Origin: a virus
Virus record (IMG/VR): IMGVR_UViG_3300037457_000038
Span: 1-64,000 of that record
Reading direction: 5' to 3' (one strand)
Length of the DNA stretch: 64,000 nucleotides
A program made the position numbers and the translations under genes. The notes below the pieces were generated by a model. It did not search any database. It was not told where the DNA came from and saw only the letters and a list, made by a program, of their open reading frames with translations. Below are positions 16,927 through 26,213 of this stretch, in pieces (position 1 is the stretch's first letter; each line of letters starts with the position of its first letter).

Positions 16927-18434
16927 ACACCACCGTCATCGAGGCGCAGCGCAAGGCTGTGACGACCCACCTGCGTCACCGCATGATCCTGCGCGCCGGC
17001 CACAACCCGGCCACCATCGGCAAGCCCTACAACCGGGCCACAAACCCGGCCGCCCCGGCCGCTGGTGCTGTGGACCCGGAGCGTATGACCATCCCCACCA
17101 CGCAGGCCGCGCTGGAAGAGATGCTCGGCGACTCAGCCAAGATGCAGAAAGTGTTCGCCGACAAGAACGGCGCGTTCGGCGAGTTCATCACCAACTACGC
17201 CCGCTCCGTCCACAACCGGGACCTGTCCATCGCGACGCAGGTCAAGGAGCAGACGGAGCAGATCCTCGCGAACTGGTTGCGGGAGAACCAGCCCGACAGT
17301 GTGGAACGCCTCGACCTCACCCCGCGGGCGGTCGCGAAGACGGGGAACGCCCGTAATCACCTGCACAACCCGCGGGCGATGGGCGCGGTCCTGGACCGCG
17401 AGTTTTCCGGGTCGGCGGAGTATTTCCGCACGATCTGGCACAACGCGAACCGCACTGCGGACATGCAGGCGAAGCTGACCCGCGTCCGCAACGCGTTCAG
17501 CAGCACGGTGCCTTCTGAGGGCGGGTTCCTGATCCCGGAGGTGCTGCGCTCTGAGCTGCTCGCGGTGGCGCTGGAACAGTCCGTTGTCCGGCAGCGGGCC
17601 CGCGTCATCCCGATGGAGACGCTGCGGGTGCCGTTCCCCGCGATCGACGCCACCTCCAACGTGTCCTCGGTGTATGGCGGTGTGGTCGGCTACTGGACGG
17701 AGGAAGGCGCAGCGCTCACCGCGAGCCAGGCCGCGTTCAGCAGGATCGTCCTCGACGCGAAGAAACTCACCGCGTACACCGAGGTCCCCAACGAGCTCAT
17801 CTCCGACTCGGCGATTTCGTTCCAGGCATTCCTCGACCAGATCTTCCCCGAAGCCCTCAACTTCTACGAGGACATCGCCTTCCTCAAGGGCTCCGGCGTC
17901 GGCGAACCCCTCGGCGCTCTCGCCGCGGGCAACGGCGCGATCGTCGAAGTCGCCAAGGAGTCCGGGCAGCTAGCGGACACGATCCACTGGGAGAACATCG
18001 TCAAGATGTACTCCCGCATGCTGCCCGGCAGTCTGGACCGTGCGGTGTGGGTCGTGTCTCCGGATGTGTTCCCGGAGCTGGCCACGATGGCCCTGTCGGT
18101 GGGTACCGGGGGTTCGGCGATCTGGTTGAACAACGGGGTGGGCGGGCCGCCGATGACGATCCTGGGACGGCCGGTCATCGTCTCCGAGAAGGCCCCCGGC
18201 ACTCTCGGCGACAAGGGCGACATCAGCTTCGTCGACTTCGGGTTCTACCTGATCGGTGACCGGCAGGTCATGTCCGCCATGAGCTCGCCGCACTTCAAGT
18301 TCCAGAACGACCAGACCGCCTACAGGATCATCCAGCGCGTTGATGGCCGTCCGTGGCTTCAGTCGGCGATCACGCCGCAGAACAACAGCGACAGCCTGAG
18401 CCCGTTCGTGCAATTGGCAGAACGCGACACCTGA
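16923..18434 (+). CDS. Major capsid protein (HK97 fold)
   Basis: EGGFLIPE, WTEEG, GSGVGEPLG, TILGRPV, DFGFYLIGDR. Confidence 0.95.
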   Translation: MNTTVIEAQRKAVTTHLRHRMILRAGHNPATIGKPYNRATNPAAPAAGAVDPERMTIPTTQAALEEMLGDSAKMQKVFADKNGAFGEFITNYARSVHNRDLSIATQVKEQTEQILANWLRENQPDSVERLDLTPRAVAKTGNARNHLHNPRAMGAVLDREFSGSAEYFRTIWHNANRTADMQAKLTRVRNAFSSTVPSEGGFLIPEVLRSELLAVALEQSVVRQRARVIPMETLRVPFPAIDATSNVSSVYGGVVGYWTEEGAALTASQAAFSRIVLDAKKLTAYTEVPNELISDSAISFQAFLDQIFPEALNFYEDIAFLKGSGVGEPLGALAAGNGAIVEVAKESGQLADTIHWENIVKMYSRMLPGSLDRAVWVVSPDVFPELATMALSVGTGGSAIWLNNGVGGPPMTILGRPVIVSEKAPGTLGDKGDISFVDFGFYLIGDRQVMSAMSSPHFKFQNDQTAYRIIQRVDGRPWLQSAITPQNNSDSLSPFVQLAERDT

Positions 18435-18520
18435 CCGTCCGCCAGCCCGGGCGGGCATTGACACCCCCGCTCGGGCCCAATCCATAGAGGCAATCAACCC
18501 CCTTTTTGGAGGGCAGCATC

Positions 18521-18958
18521 ATGATGGGACTCGGAAGGGTCTTCAACGTCGTTCCGACGGCGACCGAGGTCACGATCCCCCTGACCCGCGCGTCTGCGGT
18601 CAGCTTCGTCTGCGTGGATGCCGGGTCCGGCGACCAGGTCGCGACGATCACTCAGGTCGACTCCACCGCGGTACTCAACGAGATCGCCTTGGACTGCGAC
18701 ATTCACCCGCATGTCGGCCCTGACGTCGGCGGGACGTGGACCGCAGTCGCGGAGCAGGACGACACATTCGACATGGGCGCATCAAGCACCGGTAGCGCCA
18801 CCAACGACACGCTCGTGTTCACCATCGGCGGTGACCAGCTCGCCGACGGATACGACGGCGTGCAGGTCAGCATGGACGCCGGTACGTGCGTGGCGATCAT
18901 CCATGACCTGACGGTGCAGCGTGCGCCGGCCAATCTCGCATCCAGCATCGTCGCATGA
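18521..18958 (+). CDS. Putative head decoration/virion protein
   Basis: Follows capsid; acidic and beta-rich. Confidence 0.6.
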   Translation: MMGLGRVFNVVPTATEVTIPLTRASAVSFVCVDAGSGDQVATITQVDSTAVLNEIALDCDIHPHVGPDVGGTWTAVAEQDDTFDMGASSTGSATNDTLVFTIGGDQLADGYDGVQVSMDAGTCVAIIHDLTVQRAPANLASSIVA

Positions 18959-18976
18959 GAAGGAGGGCTTTCGGCT

Positions 18977-19456
18977 ATGAGCACGATCATTCAGGGTCAT
19001 GAGCTGCGGAGCCTGCTCCTGGGCCGCTACGTCCAGGGCAAGACCAGCGACTTCACGGCAGGTGGTGACGCCACTTACCAGGTTTTCACGGTGGCCGGTG
19101 GCGAGGTGTACATCACCGCGCTGTGGGGTCTGGTGACCACGGTCGTCGCGGAGGCCGGCGGCACGATCGCTCTCGCGGTGGATCCCACCACGGGTGACAC
19201 GACGACCATTGTCACTGCCACCGACCTGGGCACCACCGACAGCTTGGCCGGTGACGTCATCGGTATCGCGATCGAGACCAATGATACGGCGAACAACCAG
19301 ACGAACTTCGCGGTCAACGGTGCTCCGCTTGGCCCGCTTGTTGTGAGCACTGGGGAGATCGAGGTCGCTGGTGCTTCGAGCGTTGACGGTGTCGTGGAGT
19401 GGTACGCGACCTACGTGCCGCTGACGCCGGGCGCGACGCTGGTGGCGGCTGCCTGA
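18977..19456 (+). CDS. Putative head decoration/virion protein
   Basis: RBS AGGAGG; Thr/Val/Gly-rich beta protein. Confidence 0.6.
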   Translation: MSTIIQGHELRSLLLGRYVQGKTSDFTAGGDATYQVFTVAGGEVYITALWGLVTTVVAEAGGTIALAVDPTTGDTTTIVTATDLGTTDSLAGDVIGIAIETNDTANNQTNFAVNGAPLGPLVVSTGEIEVAGASSVDGVVEWYATYVPLTPGATLVAAA

Positions 19457-20247
19457 TGAGTGTGTACCGGCGTGGGACTGAGGGGCGTCTCAACGACATC
19501 CTCACGCTCCTCGCCAGCAGCAAAACGAGTCTGTGGCCTTTTTGGGAGTCGACGGGAACCCTGGTCACCGGTACCAGCGTCGGGGACCTGACCGCGGCGG
19601 AGAGTTCAGGTACGCCGGAGGCGCTGGAGGACGATTTCTCTCCTGTGCAGCTGCCGTCCGGCCTGCACTCGTACCACTTCCACCCGACTGGTGATCACCA
19701 TCTGGCGGGCACCGACCTCAACCGTTATAGCTTCGGTGACGGCACGGTGGACTCCGCTTTCTCGGTGGGGGCGTGGATCCGGCAGAGCAACGACTCCGCC
19801 GTCAATAACGTGATCATGGGGAAATACGACTCTGCGGGGAACCTGGAGGAATGGCGGTTCTTCATCAACACCAGCCGTCTGCTGTCGCTGGAGCTGCATG
19901 ACGCATCCGCGTCCGCCACGGAGATCGCCGTCTCCGATACGGCGCTGACGGTCGGGCTGTGGAAGATGGTCACCGCCACCTACGACGGCGGTCAGGCGGC
20001 GCCGGTCGTGCGGCTGTACGTCAACAGCGCCTCGGTCAATGACGGTTCGACGACTGAGTCCGAATCGTATGTGGCGATGGAGAACACCTCGGCGCCTTTG
20101 ACGGTCGGCTGCTCCGGTGTGACCGCCACACCTGTGGCTGAGTTCCACGGCCGGATATCGATGCCGTTCATCTGCGGTAAGGAACTGACGGCGGCTGAGG
20201 TGACCACCCTGTACGGGTACACCGCTCCGATGATGGGGCTGGCCTGA
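19456..20247 (+). CDS. LamG/concanavalin A-like virion protein
   Basis: LWPF.E..G, FSVGAWIR, W..V.ATYDG...LYVN, F.G.I...LTAAEV..LY. Confidence 0.8.
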   Translation: MSVYRRGTEGRLNDILTLLASSKTSLWPFWESTGTLVTGTSVGDLTAAESSGTPEALEDDFSPVQLPSGLHSYHFHPTGDHHLAGTDLNRYSFGDGTVDSAFSVGAWIRQSNDSAVNNVIMGKYDSAGNLEEWRFFINTSRLLSLELHDASASATEIAVSDTALTVGLWKMVTATYDGGQAAPVVRLYVNSASVNDGSTTESESYVAMENTSAPLTVGCSGVTATPVAEFHGRISMPFICGKELTAAEVTTLYGYTAPMMGLA

Positions 20248-20248
20248 C

Positions 20249-20788
20249 ATGGGCCGGTGGGCGTGCGGCGGCGAGGGGTGCGGGATGACGTACGCGCTGC
20301 GCCTGTCTCGCTGCCCACGCTGTCACAGCACGACGTTTCACGAGGAGAAGTCCATGCCGAAGATCACCAAGTATGGGGGTGCATCGGACAAGACGAAGCC
20401 CGCACCCGCCCCGGTCAAGGCACCTGCGGCACGGGTTGCCACGCCGCCCCCCGCACGAGCCGAGCAGCAGGTCGCGGGCGCTGCCCGGCCGCCCGCTGTC
20501 CACACCCGGCCGGAGCGTCCCGCACCCACAGCCCCCACGCCCGCACCCGCAGAGCCTGCGCCTGCGCCTGTATCGGAGGGAGGCGAACAGTCATCGCCTG
20601 GGAACAGCTCATCTCCATCTACCGAGAAGCCGCCGACAACCTCCGGGCAGAACGAGCAGCCCCGCCAAAAGCGTGCCCGAATGACGGGACGCCGCTCAAA
20701 GCAGCACCAGACGGCGGACTCTTCTGCCCCTTCGACGGCTGGCGGCCAGACGGCTCCTACGTCGGAGCCTGACACCACCAGCAAGTAA
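20249..20788 (+). CDS. Zn-ribbon plus Pro-rich disordered protein (alternative start 20354)
   Basis: CGGEGC...CPRC; internal RBS GAGGAG before MPKITK. Confidence 0.55.
   Translation: MGRWACGGEGCGMTYALRLSRCPRCHSTTFHEEKSMPKITKYGGASDKTKPAPAPVKAPAARVATPPPARAEQQVAGAARPPAVHTRPERPAPTAPTPAPAEPAPAPVSEGGEQSSPGNSSSPSTEKPPTTSGQNEQPRQKRARMTGRRSKQHQTADSSAPSTAGGQTAPTSEPDTTSK
20593..20772 (+). CDS. Nested small zinc-finger protein, candidate ATC start
   Basis: GGAGGGAGG at 20575-20583; WEQL...ACPNDG...FCPFDGW; GC3-rich codons. Confidence 0.55.
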   Translation: MAWEQLISIYREAADNLRAERAAPPKACPNDGTPLKAAPDGGLFCPFDGWRPDGSYVGA

Positions 20789-20833
20789 CAACCCCCGACC
20801 GCACCGGCCACAACCCCTGGGAGAGGAGCAGCA

Positions 20834-21889
20834 GTGCAGCGCGACGGCATGACCTACGCCAACGTCGAAGACATCAAGAGCGCCCTCGACGTGCTGGAGA
20901 CCGCCCGCGCCGAGACGCAGATCTACCGCGCCCTGCGCTCCGCCAGCGACTCAGTCGAGGGCCTGTGCCACCGCCGCTTCTACCCGCAGATCGCCACCCG
21001 CTTCTTCGACTGGCCGGGCAGGCAGTACGCCCGCCCGTGGCGGCTGTGGCTCGACGCCAACACCCTCATCTCCGTCACCACCCTGTCGTCCGGCGGAACC
21101 ACCATCGCCGCGTCGGATTTTTTCCTGCGCCGCTCCGACCGGCGCGACGAACCCCCCTACACCCATGTGGAGATCGACCTCGACTCCAACGCGGCCTTCG
21201 GCGGCGGCTCAACGCACCAGCGCGACATCAGCATCACCGGACTCTTCGGCTACTGGGACGAGGACGAGGCCGCCGGCGCACTCGCCGAAGACCTCGACGC
21301 GTCGGAGACCGGCGTGGACGTGACAGACGGCTCCCTGGTCGGAGTAGGGGATCTGATCCGTGCCGGCGATGAGCGGATGGCGGTGACGGGGCGGGCGTTC
21401 CTCGACTCCGGTGAGGACCTGACCGCCGCGGTGTCCTCGGCATCATCGACGACGATCCCCGTCGATGACGGCACCGCGTTCCACGAGGGGGAGACGATCC
21501 TGGTCGGTGGGGAGCGGATGCTCATCGTCGACATTGCCGCCAACGATCTGGTGGTGAAGCGGGCCTGGGACGGCACCACCCTGGAGGCGCATCTCAACGA
21601 TGCGTCTGTGTTCGTGTCGAGGCGGCTGACGGTCGTACGCGGCGCGCTGGGCACCACCGCCGCCGCGCACCTGGCTGCCGCCCCTCTCACCCGGCATCAC
21701 GTGCCGCCTCTCGTCCACGACCTGACGATCGCTGAGGCGATGGCCCGCCTGGTCCAGGAACGAACTGCCTATGCCCGCACGATCGGCGCGGGTGAAGGCG
21801 AGCGGGAAGTCCGCGGCGTCGGGCTGGCTGATCTGCGGAAGCAGGCCCGTACCGAGTACGGCCGCAAAGCCAGGAAGAGGGCGATCTGA
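20834..21889 (+). CDS. Head-tail adaptor with inserted repeat domains
   Basis: YANVEDIK...AS..VE..C.RRF, ITG.FGY, VPPLV. Confidence 0.8.
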   Translation: MQRDGMTYANVEDIKSALDVLETARAETQIYRALRSASDSVEGLCHRRFYPQIATRFFDWPGRQYARPWRLWLDANTLISVTTLSSGGTTIAASDFFLRRSDRRDEPPYTHVEIDLDSNAAFGGGSTHQRDISITGLFGYWDEDEAAGALAEDLDASETGVDVTDGSLVGVGDLIRAGDERMAVTGRAFLDSGEDLTAAVSSASSTTIPVDDGTAFHEGETILVGGERMLIVDIAANDLVVKRAWDGTTLEAHLNDASVFVSRRLTVVRGALGTTAAAHLAAAPLTRHHVPPLVHDLTIAEAMARLVQERTAYARTIGAGEGEREVRGVGLADLRKQARTEYGRKARKRAI

Positions 21890-22251
21890 TGGCGCGCAGG
21901 GAACGCACCGACGTGATCGGCATCCGCCGGATGACCGCACGCATCGACCACATCGCCGAGCAGATGTCTGAGGCGGCGCAGCAGGCCGCGGATGAGGAGC
22001 TGCTGGCACTGGGCGTGGACATTTCGCAGGGCGCTCCGGTCGATACCGGTGAGCTGCGGGACTCCGTGCATGTGGATGAGGAGCCGGGCGGCGGCGGCAT
22101 CGTCCGTGTGGACGCCGATCACGCGGCGCCGGTGGAGCTGGGCACTGCGCGGATGACGGCGCAGCCCTATGTGCAGCCCGCGCTGGAGCGGGCGGAGCAG
22201 CGCTACGCGGCCAGGGTCGCGAAGGACGTGAAGGAGGTGCTTCCGCGATGA
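21889..22251 (+). CDS. HK97 gp10-like neck protein
   Basis: APVDTGELRDS, VELGT.RM.AQPY..PA. Confidence 0.9.
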   Translation: MARRERTDVIGIRRMTARIDHIAEQMSEAAQQAADEELLALGVDISQGAPVDTGELRDSVHVDEEPGGGGIVRVDADHAAPVELGTARMTAQPYVQPALERAEQRYAARVAKDVKEVLPR

Positions 22252-22685
22252 CGACGACTGACCCGGCGCAGGCGGTGCAGTCCGGGCTGTGGGAGCTGCT
22301 GCGTTCCGATCCGGAGGTCATGCAGACGGTGACGGATGTCCTGGATGAGATGCCGGAGCTGAACGCCCGCCAGTACCCGTTCGTGGTGGTGCCGGAGCTG
22401 ACGTCGATCCCGGACGGTACGCACGACGACCCGGGCCGCAGGGTGACCGCCCGCATCCACACGTTCGCACGCGGGGACGTGCGGGACCGCAACACCCGCC
22501 CGGACAACACGGTCGGGGCCCGTTTGGTGGCGCTGCTGGACCACGCGCACAAGACCCTCGACCCGCACGTTGCGGGGCACACGGTGTGGATGATCCGGCA
22601 CATGGAGTCCCGCAAGGTGCCCGACGCGGACCGGTCGGTCCGGCACCGCGTGGACCGCGTCGATATCTGGACCTCACAGAAGTAA
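22248..22685 (+). CDS. Tail terminator (DUF3168-like)
   Basis: V.DE.P...YPFVV; position in tail module. Confidence 0.8.
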   Translation: MTTTDPAQAVQSGLWELLRSDPEVMQTVTDVLDEMPELNARQYPFVVVPELTSIPDGTHDDPGRRVTARIHTFARGDVRDRNTRPDNTVGARLVALLDHAHKTLDPHVAGHTVWMIRHMESRKVPDADRSVRHRVDRVDIWTSQK

Positions 22686-22695
22686 GGAGAACGTC

Positions 22696-23034
22696 ATGGC
22701 CGACCTTGTCACCGTGGACTGCACTACCGCCGCTGGAATCACCGACCTCGACGACATCGACACCGCCGCGTCCGCGACCGGTGACACGGCCGAGGTGGGG
22801 CCCGGGATCTTCCTGTACGTCAATAACGCGGACGACCAGACGAACACGGTCACCATCGCCACGCCGGGCACAGTCGACGGCCACGCCATCGCGGATGCCA
22901 CCCTGGCCGTTCTCACTCTCGACCGGGGGCTGATCCCCCTGACCGATATTTTCCGGGGTGCCAACGGACGCGCGTCGATCACCTACAACGACGTCACCTC
23001 TGTGACGGTCGCTGTGATCAAGCTGGGAGTGTGA
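22696..23034 (+). CDS. Virion structural protein
   Basis: RBS AAGGAG; beta-rich; between terminator and tail tube. Confidence 0.65.
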   Translation: MADLVTVDCTTAAGITDLDDIDTAASATGDTAEVGPGIFLYVNNADDQTNTVTIATPGTVDGHAIADATLAVLTLDRGLIPLTDIFRGANGRASITYNDVTSVTVAVIKLGV

Positions 23035-23035
23035 C

Positions 23036-23467
23036 GTGGCCGGGCAGGACGCTTTCGGTACGCAGTTCAAGCGGGACACCACCGGCGGCGGCAGCTTCGG
23101 TCTGGTCGCCAACGTCTCCGACCTGGGCGGCCCGGAGCGCTCACGGGAAGCTATCGAGGTCACCGCGCACGACTCGCCGTACCAGTACCGCGAGTTCGTC
23201 AAGGGGCTGAAGGACGGCGGGGAGGTGACTCTCACGCTGAACTATTCCCCGGCCGAGACCACACACCGGGCGCTCGACGGAGACTTCGAGGAGAAGGACC
23301 TGCGCCGGTATCAGCTGGTGCTGCTCCCGGGGGATGTCAATGAGCACACCTGGGAGTTCACTGCGTTGATCACCGACATTGGTGACGCTTTCCCGGTGGA
23401 TGACCGGATGGAGCGTGAGGTCACTGTGAAGATCAGTGGTCGGCCGACGCTGACCGCGACCGGCTGA
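23036..23467 (+). CDS. Major tail tube protein
   Basis: REAIEVT.HDS...EFVKGLKDGGEV; KISGRP. Confidence 0.9.
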   Translation: MAGQDAFGTQFKRDTTGGGSFGLVANVSDLGGPERSREAIEVTAHDSPYQYREFVKGLKDGGEVTLTLNYSPAETTHRALDGDFEEKDLRRYQLVLLPGDVNEHTWEFTALITDIGDAFPVDDRMEREVTVKISGRPTLTATG

Positions 23468-23483
23468 GCAGAAGGAACACGTA

Positions 23484-23906
23484 ATGGGCAGCTTGAAGGA
23501 TCTCATCGTCAACGCGGCCGGGGACGGTCCGAAGTTCGAGGATGTGGAGGTGCCGCAGTTCGGCGGCGGGACGTTCCGTGTGCGTGGGCTTCCCTCGGGT
23601 GACTGGGAGCAGTACCAGAACCGGTTGAACAAGCTGCATGTGGCGCCGGGCAGGAAGGACACGGCAGAGATGTCGATCACTTCTAACAAGGCGTGGATCG
23701 TCGCTAAGGCGCTGCATGATCCGGAGACGGATGAGCTGGTCTTCCCGGATTTGCGGGAGGGTGTCGCGTGGCTGGACAAGTCCGATGCGGGCGCGGTCAA
23801 CGGCTTGTTCAACCTGTGCAAGTACCTGTCCGGCGATGAAGCTGACACCGATTTCGTCGCAAAGATCAAGAAGGCTGAAGGGGATTTCTCCGACGGCCAG
23901 AGCTGA
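23484..23906 (+). CDS. Tail assembly chaperone (G)
   Basis: VEVPQFGG..RVRGL; position before tape measure. Confidence 0.85.
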   Translation: MGSLKDLIVNAAGDGPKFEDVEVPQFGGGTFRVRGLPSGDWEQYQNRLNKLHVAPGRKDTAEMSITSNKAWIVAKALHDPETDELVFPDLREGVAWLDKSDAGAVNGLFNLCKYLSGDEADTDFVAKIKKAEGDFSDGQS

Positions 23907-24262
23907 AGCTCCAGTATGACCTGGCCGTCTCATTCCAGATGACTCCCAGCGAGGTACTGGAACGTTTCTGGGAAGACGAAATGATCCGTCTGGTCGCCTA
24001 CCAGAATCTGTACGGGCCCATCACTCCGGCCCGCCTGGACATGGTGACCGCCCGACTGGCCATGGACGTCGCGGCCCCCAACATGCGGAAGGGCAAACGC
24101 CCCAAATTGAAAGACCACCTCATGCGGTGGTCACGCAAAACCGGACGCAAGACCGGTCAGCAGATGCTCGACATGGTCAAAGGCATCCAAGCCGAATACG
24201 ACCGGCAAGAGCAGAGCACGGAACGGCGAGGAGAGGACGGACCCGGTGGCCATACTCGATGA
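23882..24262 (+). CDS. Tail assembly chaperone frameshift extension (T)
   Basis: -1 frame is open from G_GAT_TTC at 23882; FLRRPELKLQYDLA..F.MT..E. Confidence 0.75.
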   Translation, partial: GFLRRPELKLQYDLAVSFQMTPSEVLERFWEDEMIRLVAYQNLYGPITPARLDMVTARLAMDVAAPNMRKGKRPKLKDHLMRWSRKTGRKTGQQMLDMVKGIQAEYDRQEQSTERRGEDGPGGHTR

Positions 24263-26210
24263 ACTCCTGGTCCGTGTCGGTCTTCAGGATGACACTGCGG
24301 AGGGCGGGGCCCGGGTCAACCGTGGCCTCGCCGGGGTGGCCGCCGGTGCCGGGATCGCCGGGGTGGCAGTCGGCGCTGCGTTCTCCTTCGGCCTCGAAGG
24401 GGCCATGGACATTGCCGCTGCCCAGAGCAGCCTGAAGACCCAGCTCGACCTGACCGAGGTGGAGGCGCAGCGCGCGGGCGATGTCGCGGGGGACGTGTTC
24501 AGCCGGGGCTTTGGTGGCTCAATGGAAGATGTCACTGATGCGCTGGGCGGTGTCCACTCCTCCATCGGGGACCTGGGTGATTTCACCGATGCCGAGCTGG
24601 AGCAGATGTCAGTCTCCGCTCTGGCGCTGGCGAAGACGTTCGATGTCGATGTCGCCGACGCCACGGGCGCAGTCGGCCAGATGATCAAGACGGGCCTAGT
24701 CGCTGACGCCACCGAGGGCTTCGACCTGATCGCCAAAACCATGCAGTCGGTTCCTGCTGCGCTGCGCGATGATCTGCTGCCGACCGTGGACGAGTATTCC
24801 ACTCAGTTCCGTAATCTTGGCCTGACCGGTGCCGACGCTATGGGCCTGATGGTGCAGGGTGTTGAGGCAGGTGCCCGCGATATCGATGTCGTAGCGGACA
24901 CGCTCAAGGAATTCAGCATCGAGGCGGTGGCCGGGTCCGACAAGATCGGCGATGCCTGGGACGCGCTGGGCCTGGACTCCGACAAGCTGTTCAAGCAGAT
25001 GAGCGAGGGCGGCGACTCCGCCAAGGAGGCCCTGGACCAGACGCTTCAGGCGCTGGCCACGATGGAGCCCGGTGTCGAGCGTAACGCCCTGGCCGTGGAG
25101 CTGTTCGGTACCAAAGCTGAGGACATGGGGGACGCCCTTTTTGCTTTGGATCCGGCGGCGGCTGCCGCTGCGACGGGCTTGGATGACACAGGCGGATCTA
25201 TGCAGGATCTGATCAACGCGATGGAGGGTGATCCGGCGCAGCAGTTCGACGCGGTGATGCGCACGGTGCAGAACACGTTGGGTCAGATGCTGCTGCCGGT
25301 GCTGATCCGTGTCGGCGAGTTCTTCCGGGAGAACAAGGATCTGATCAAGGCGGCGGTGATTCCGGCGATGGTCGCTTTGGTGGCGGTTTTCGTGGTGCTG
25401 ACTGCGGCGACGATCGCGTGGACGATCGCGTTGCTGGCGAATCCGATGGTGTGGATCATCGGCCTGATCGTGCTGACCATCGCGGCGGTCGTGCTGCTGG
25501 TCGCCAAGTGGGACTGGGTCAAGGCCAAGCTGCTGGCCCACTGGGAAGCGATCAAGGATGCGCTGGGCCGAGGGTGGGACTGGCTCGTCGCCAACGTGTT
25601 CGCGCCGATCGGCCGGTTTTTCACGCAGACGATTCCCCGCTGGGCGGGCATGGTCCGTGATGCGCTGGTCGGCGCCTGGTCCAGCGCGCGGGACCGGGTG
25701 AGTGCTCTGGTGTCCGGCCTGCTCACGTGGGTGCAGGGCCGGTGGAACGCGTTCATCGGCTTCTTCCGCGGTTTGCCGGGCCGGATCGCCTCCGCCGCGT
25801 CGGGTATGTGGGACGGCATCAAGTCGGGCTTCCGCAGCGCTGTGAACTTCCTGATCGCAGGGTGGAACCGCTTGTCCTTCACTATTGGTGGCGGGTCGAT
25901 CGCGGGGGTCAGCATTCCCTCGCTGACGCTGTCCACCCCCAACATCCCCTTCCTGGCCGAGGGCGGCATCGTGACCTCACCCACCTTGGCGATGATCGGT
26001 GAGGGCCGTGAGGACGAGGCGGTCATGCCGCTGTCGAAACTGGAGCAGCTGATCAACACCACGGCCGCGCCGTCGACCGGGAAGGTGCAGCCGCAGCGGA
26101 TGGCGGTGCGTTTCGAGTCCGGCGGCGGGGACGCCTTCACCGACTGGCTCATGGGACAGATCAGGGTCGAGTTCGGCGGCGATGCCGGCGCACTGGGGCA
26201 GGAGGGCTGA
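24246..26210 (+). CDS. Tape measure protein
   Basis: Ala/Gly-rich helical, DTLKEFSI, LFGTKAED, W-periodic repeats, IPFLAEGGIV. Confidence 0.93.
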   Translation: MAILDELLVRVGLQDDTAEGGARVNRGLAGVAAGAGIAGVAVGAAFSFGLEGAMDIAAAQSSLKTQLDLTEVEAQRAGDVAGDVFSRGFGGSMEDVTDALGGVHSSIGDLGDFTDAELEQMSVSALALAKTFDVDVADATGAVGQMIKTGLVADATEGFDLIAKTMQSVPAALRDDLLPTVDEYSTQFRNLGLTGADAMGLMVQGVEAGARDIDVVADTLKEFSIEAVAGSDKIGDAWDALGLDSDKLFKQMSEGGDSAKEALDQTLQALATMEPGVERNALAVELFGTKAEDMGDALFALDPAAAAAATGLDDTGGSMQDLINAMEGDPAQQFDAVMRTVQNTLGQMLLPVLIRVGEFFRENKDLIKAAVIPAMVALVAVFVVLTAATIAWTIALLANPMVWIIGLIVLTIAAVVLLVAKWDWVKAKLLAHWEAIKDALGRGWDWLVANVFAPIGRFFTQTIPRWAGMVRDALVGAWSSARDRVSALVSGLLTWVQGRWNAFIGFFRGLPGRIASAASGMWDGIKSGFRSAVNFLIAGWNRLSFTIGGGSIAGVSIPSLTLSTPNIPFLAEGGIVTSPTLAMIGEGREDEAVMPLSKLEQLINTTAAPSTGKVQPQRMAVRFESGGGDAFTDWLMGQIRVEFGGDAGALGQEG

Positions 26211-26213
26211 TCC

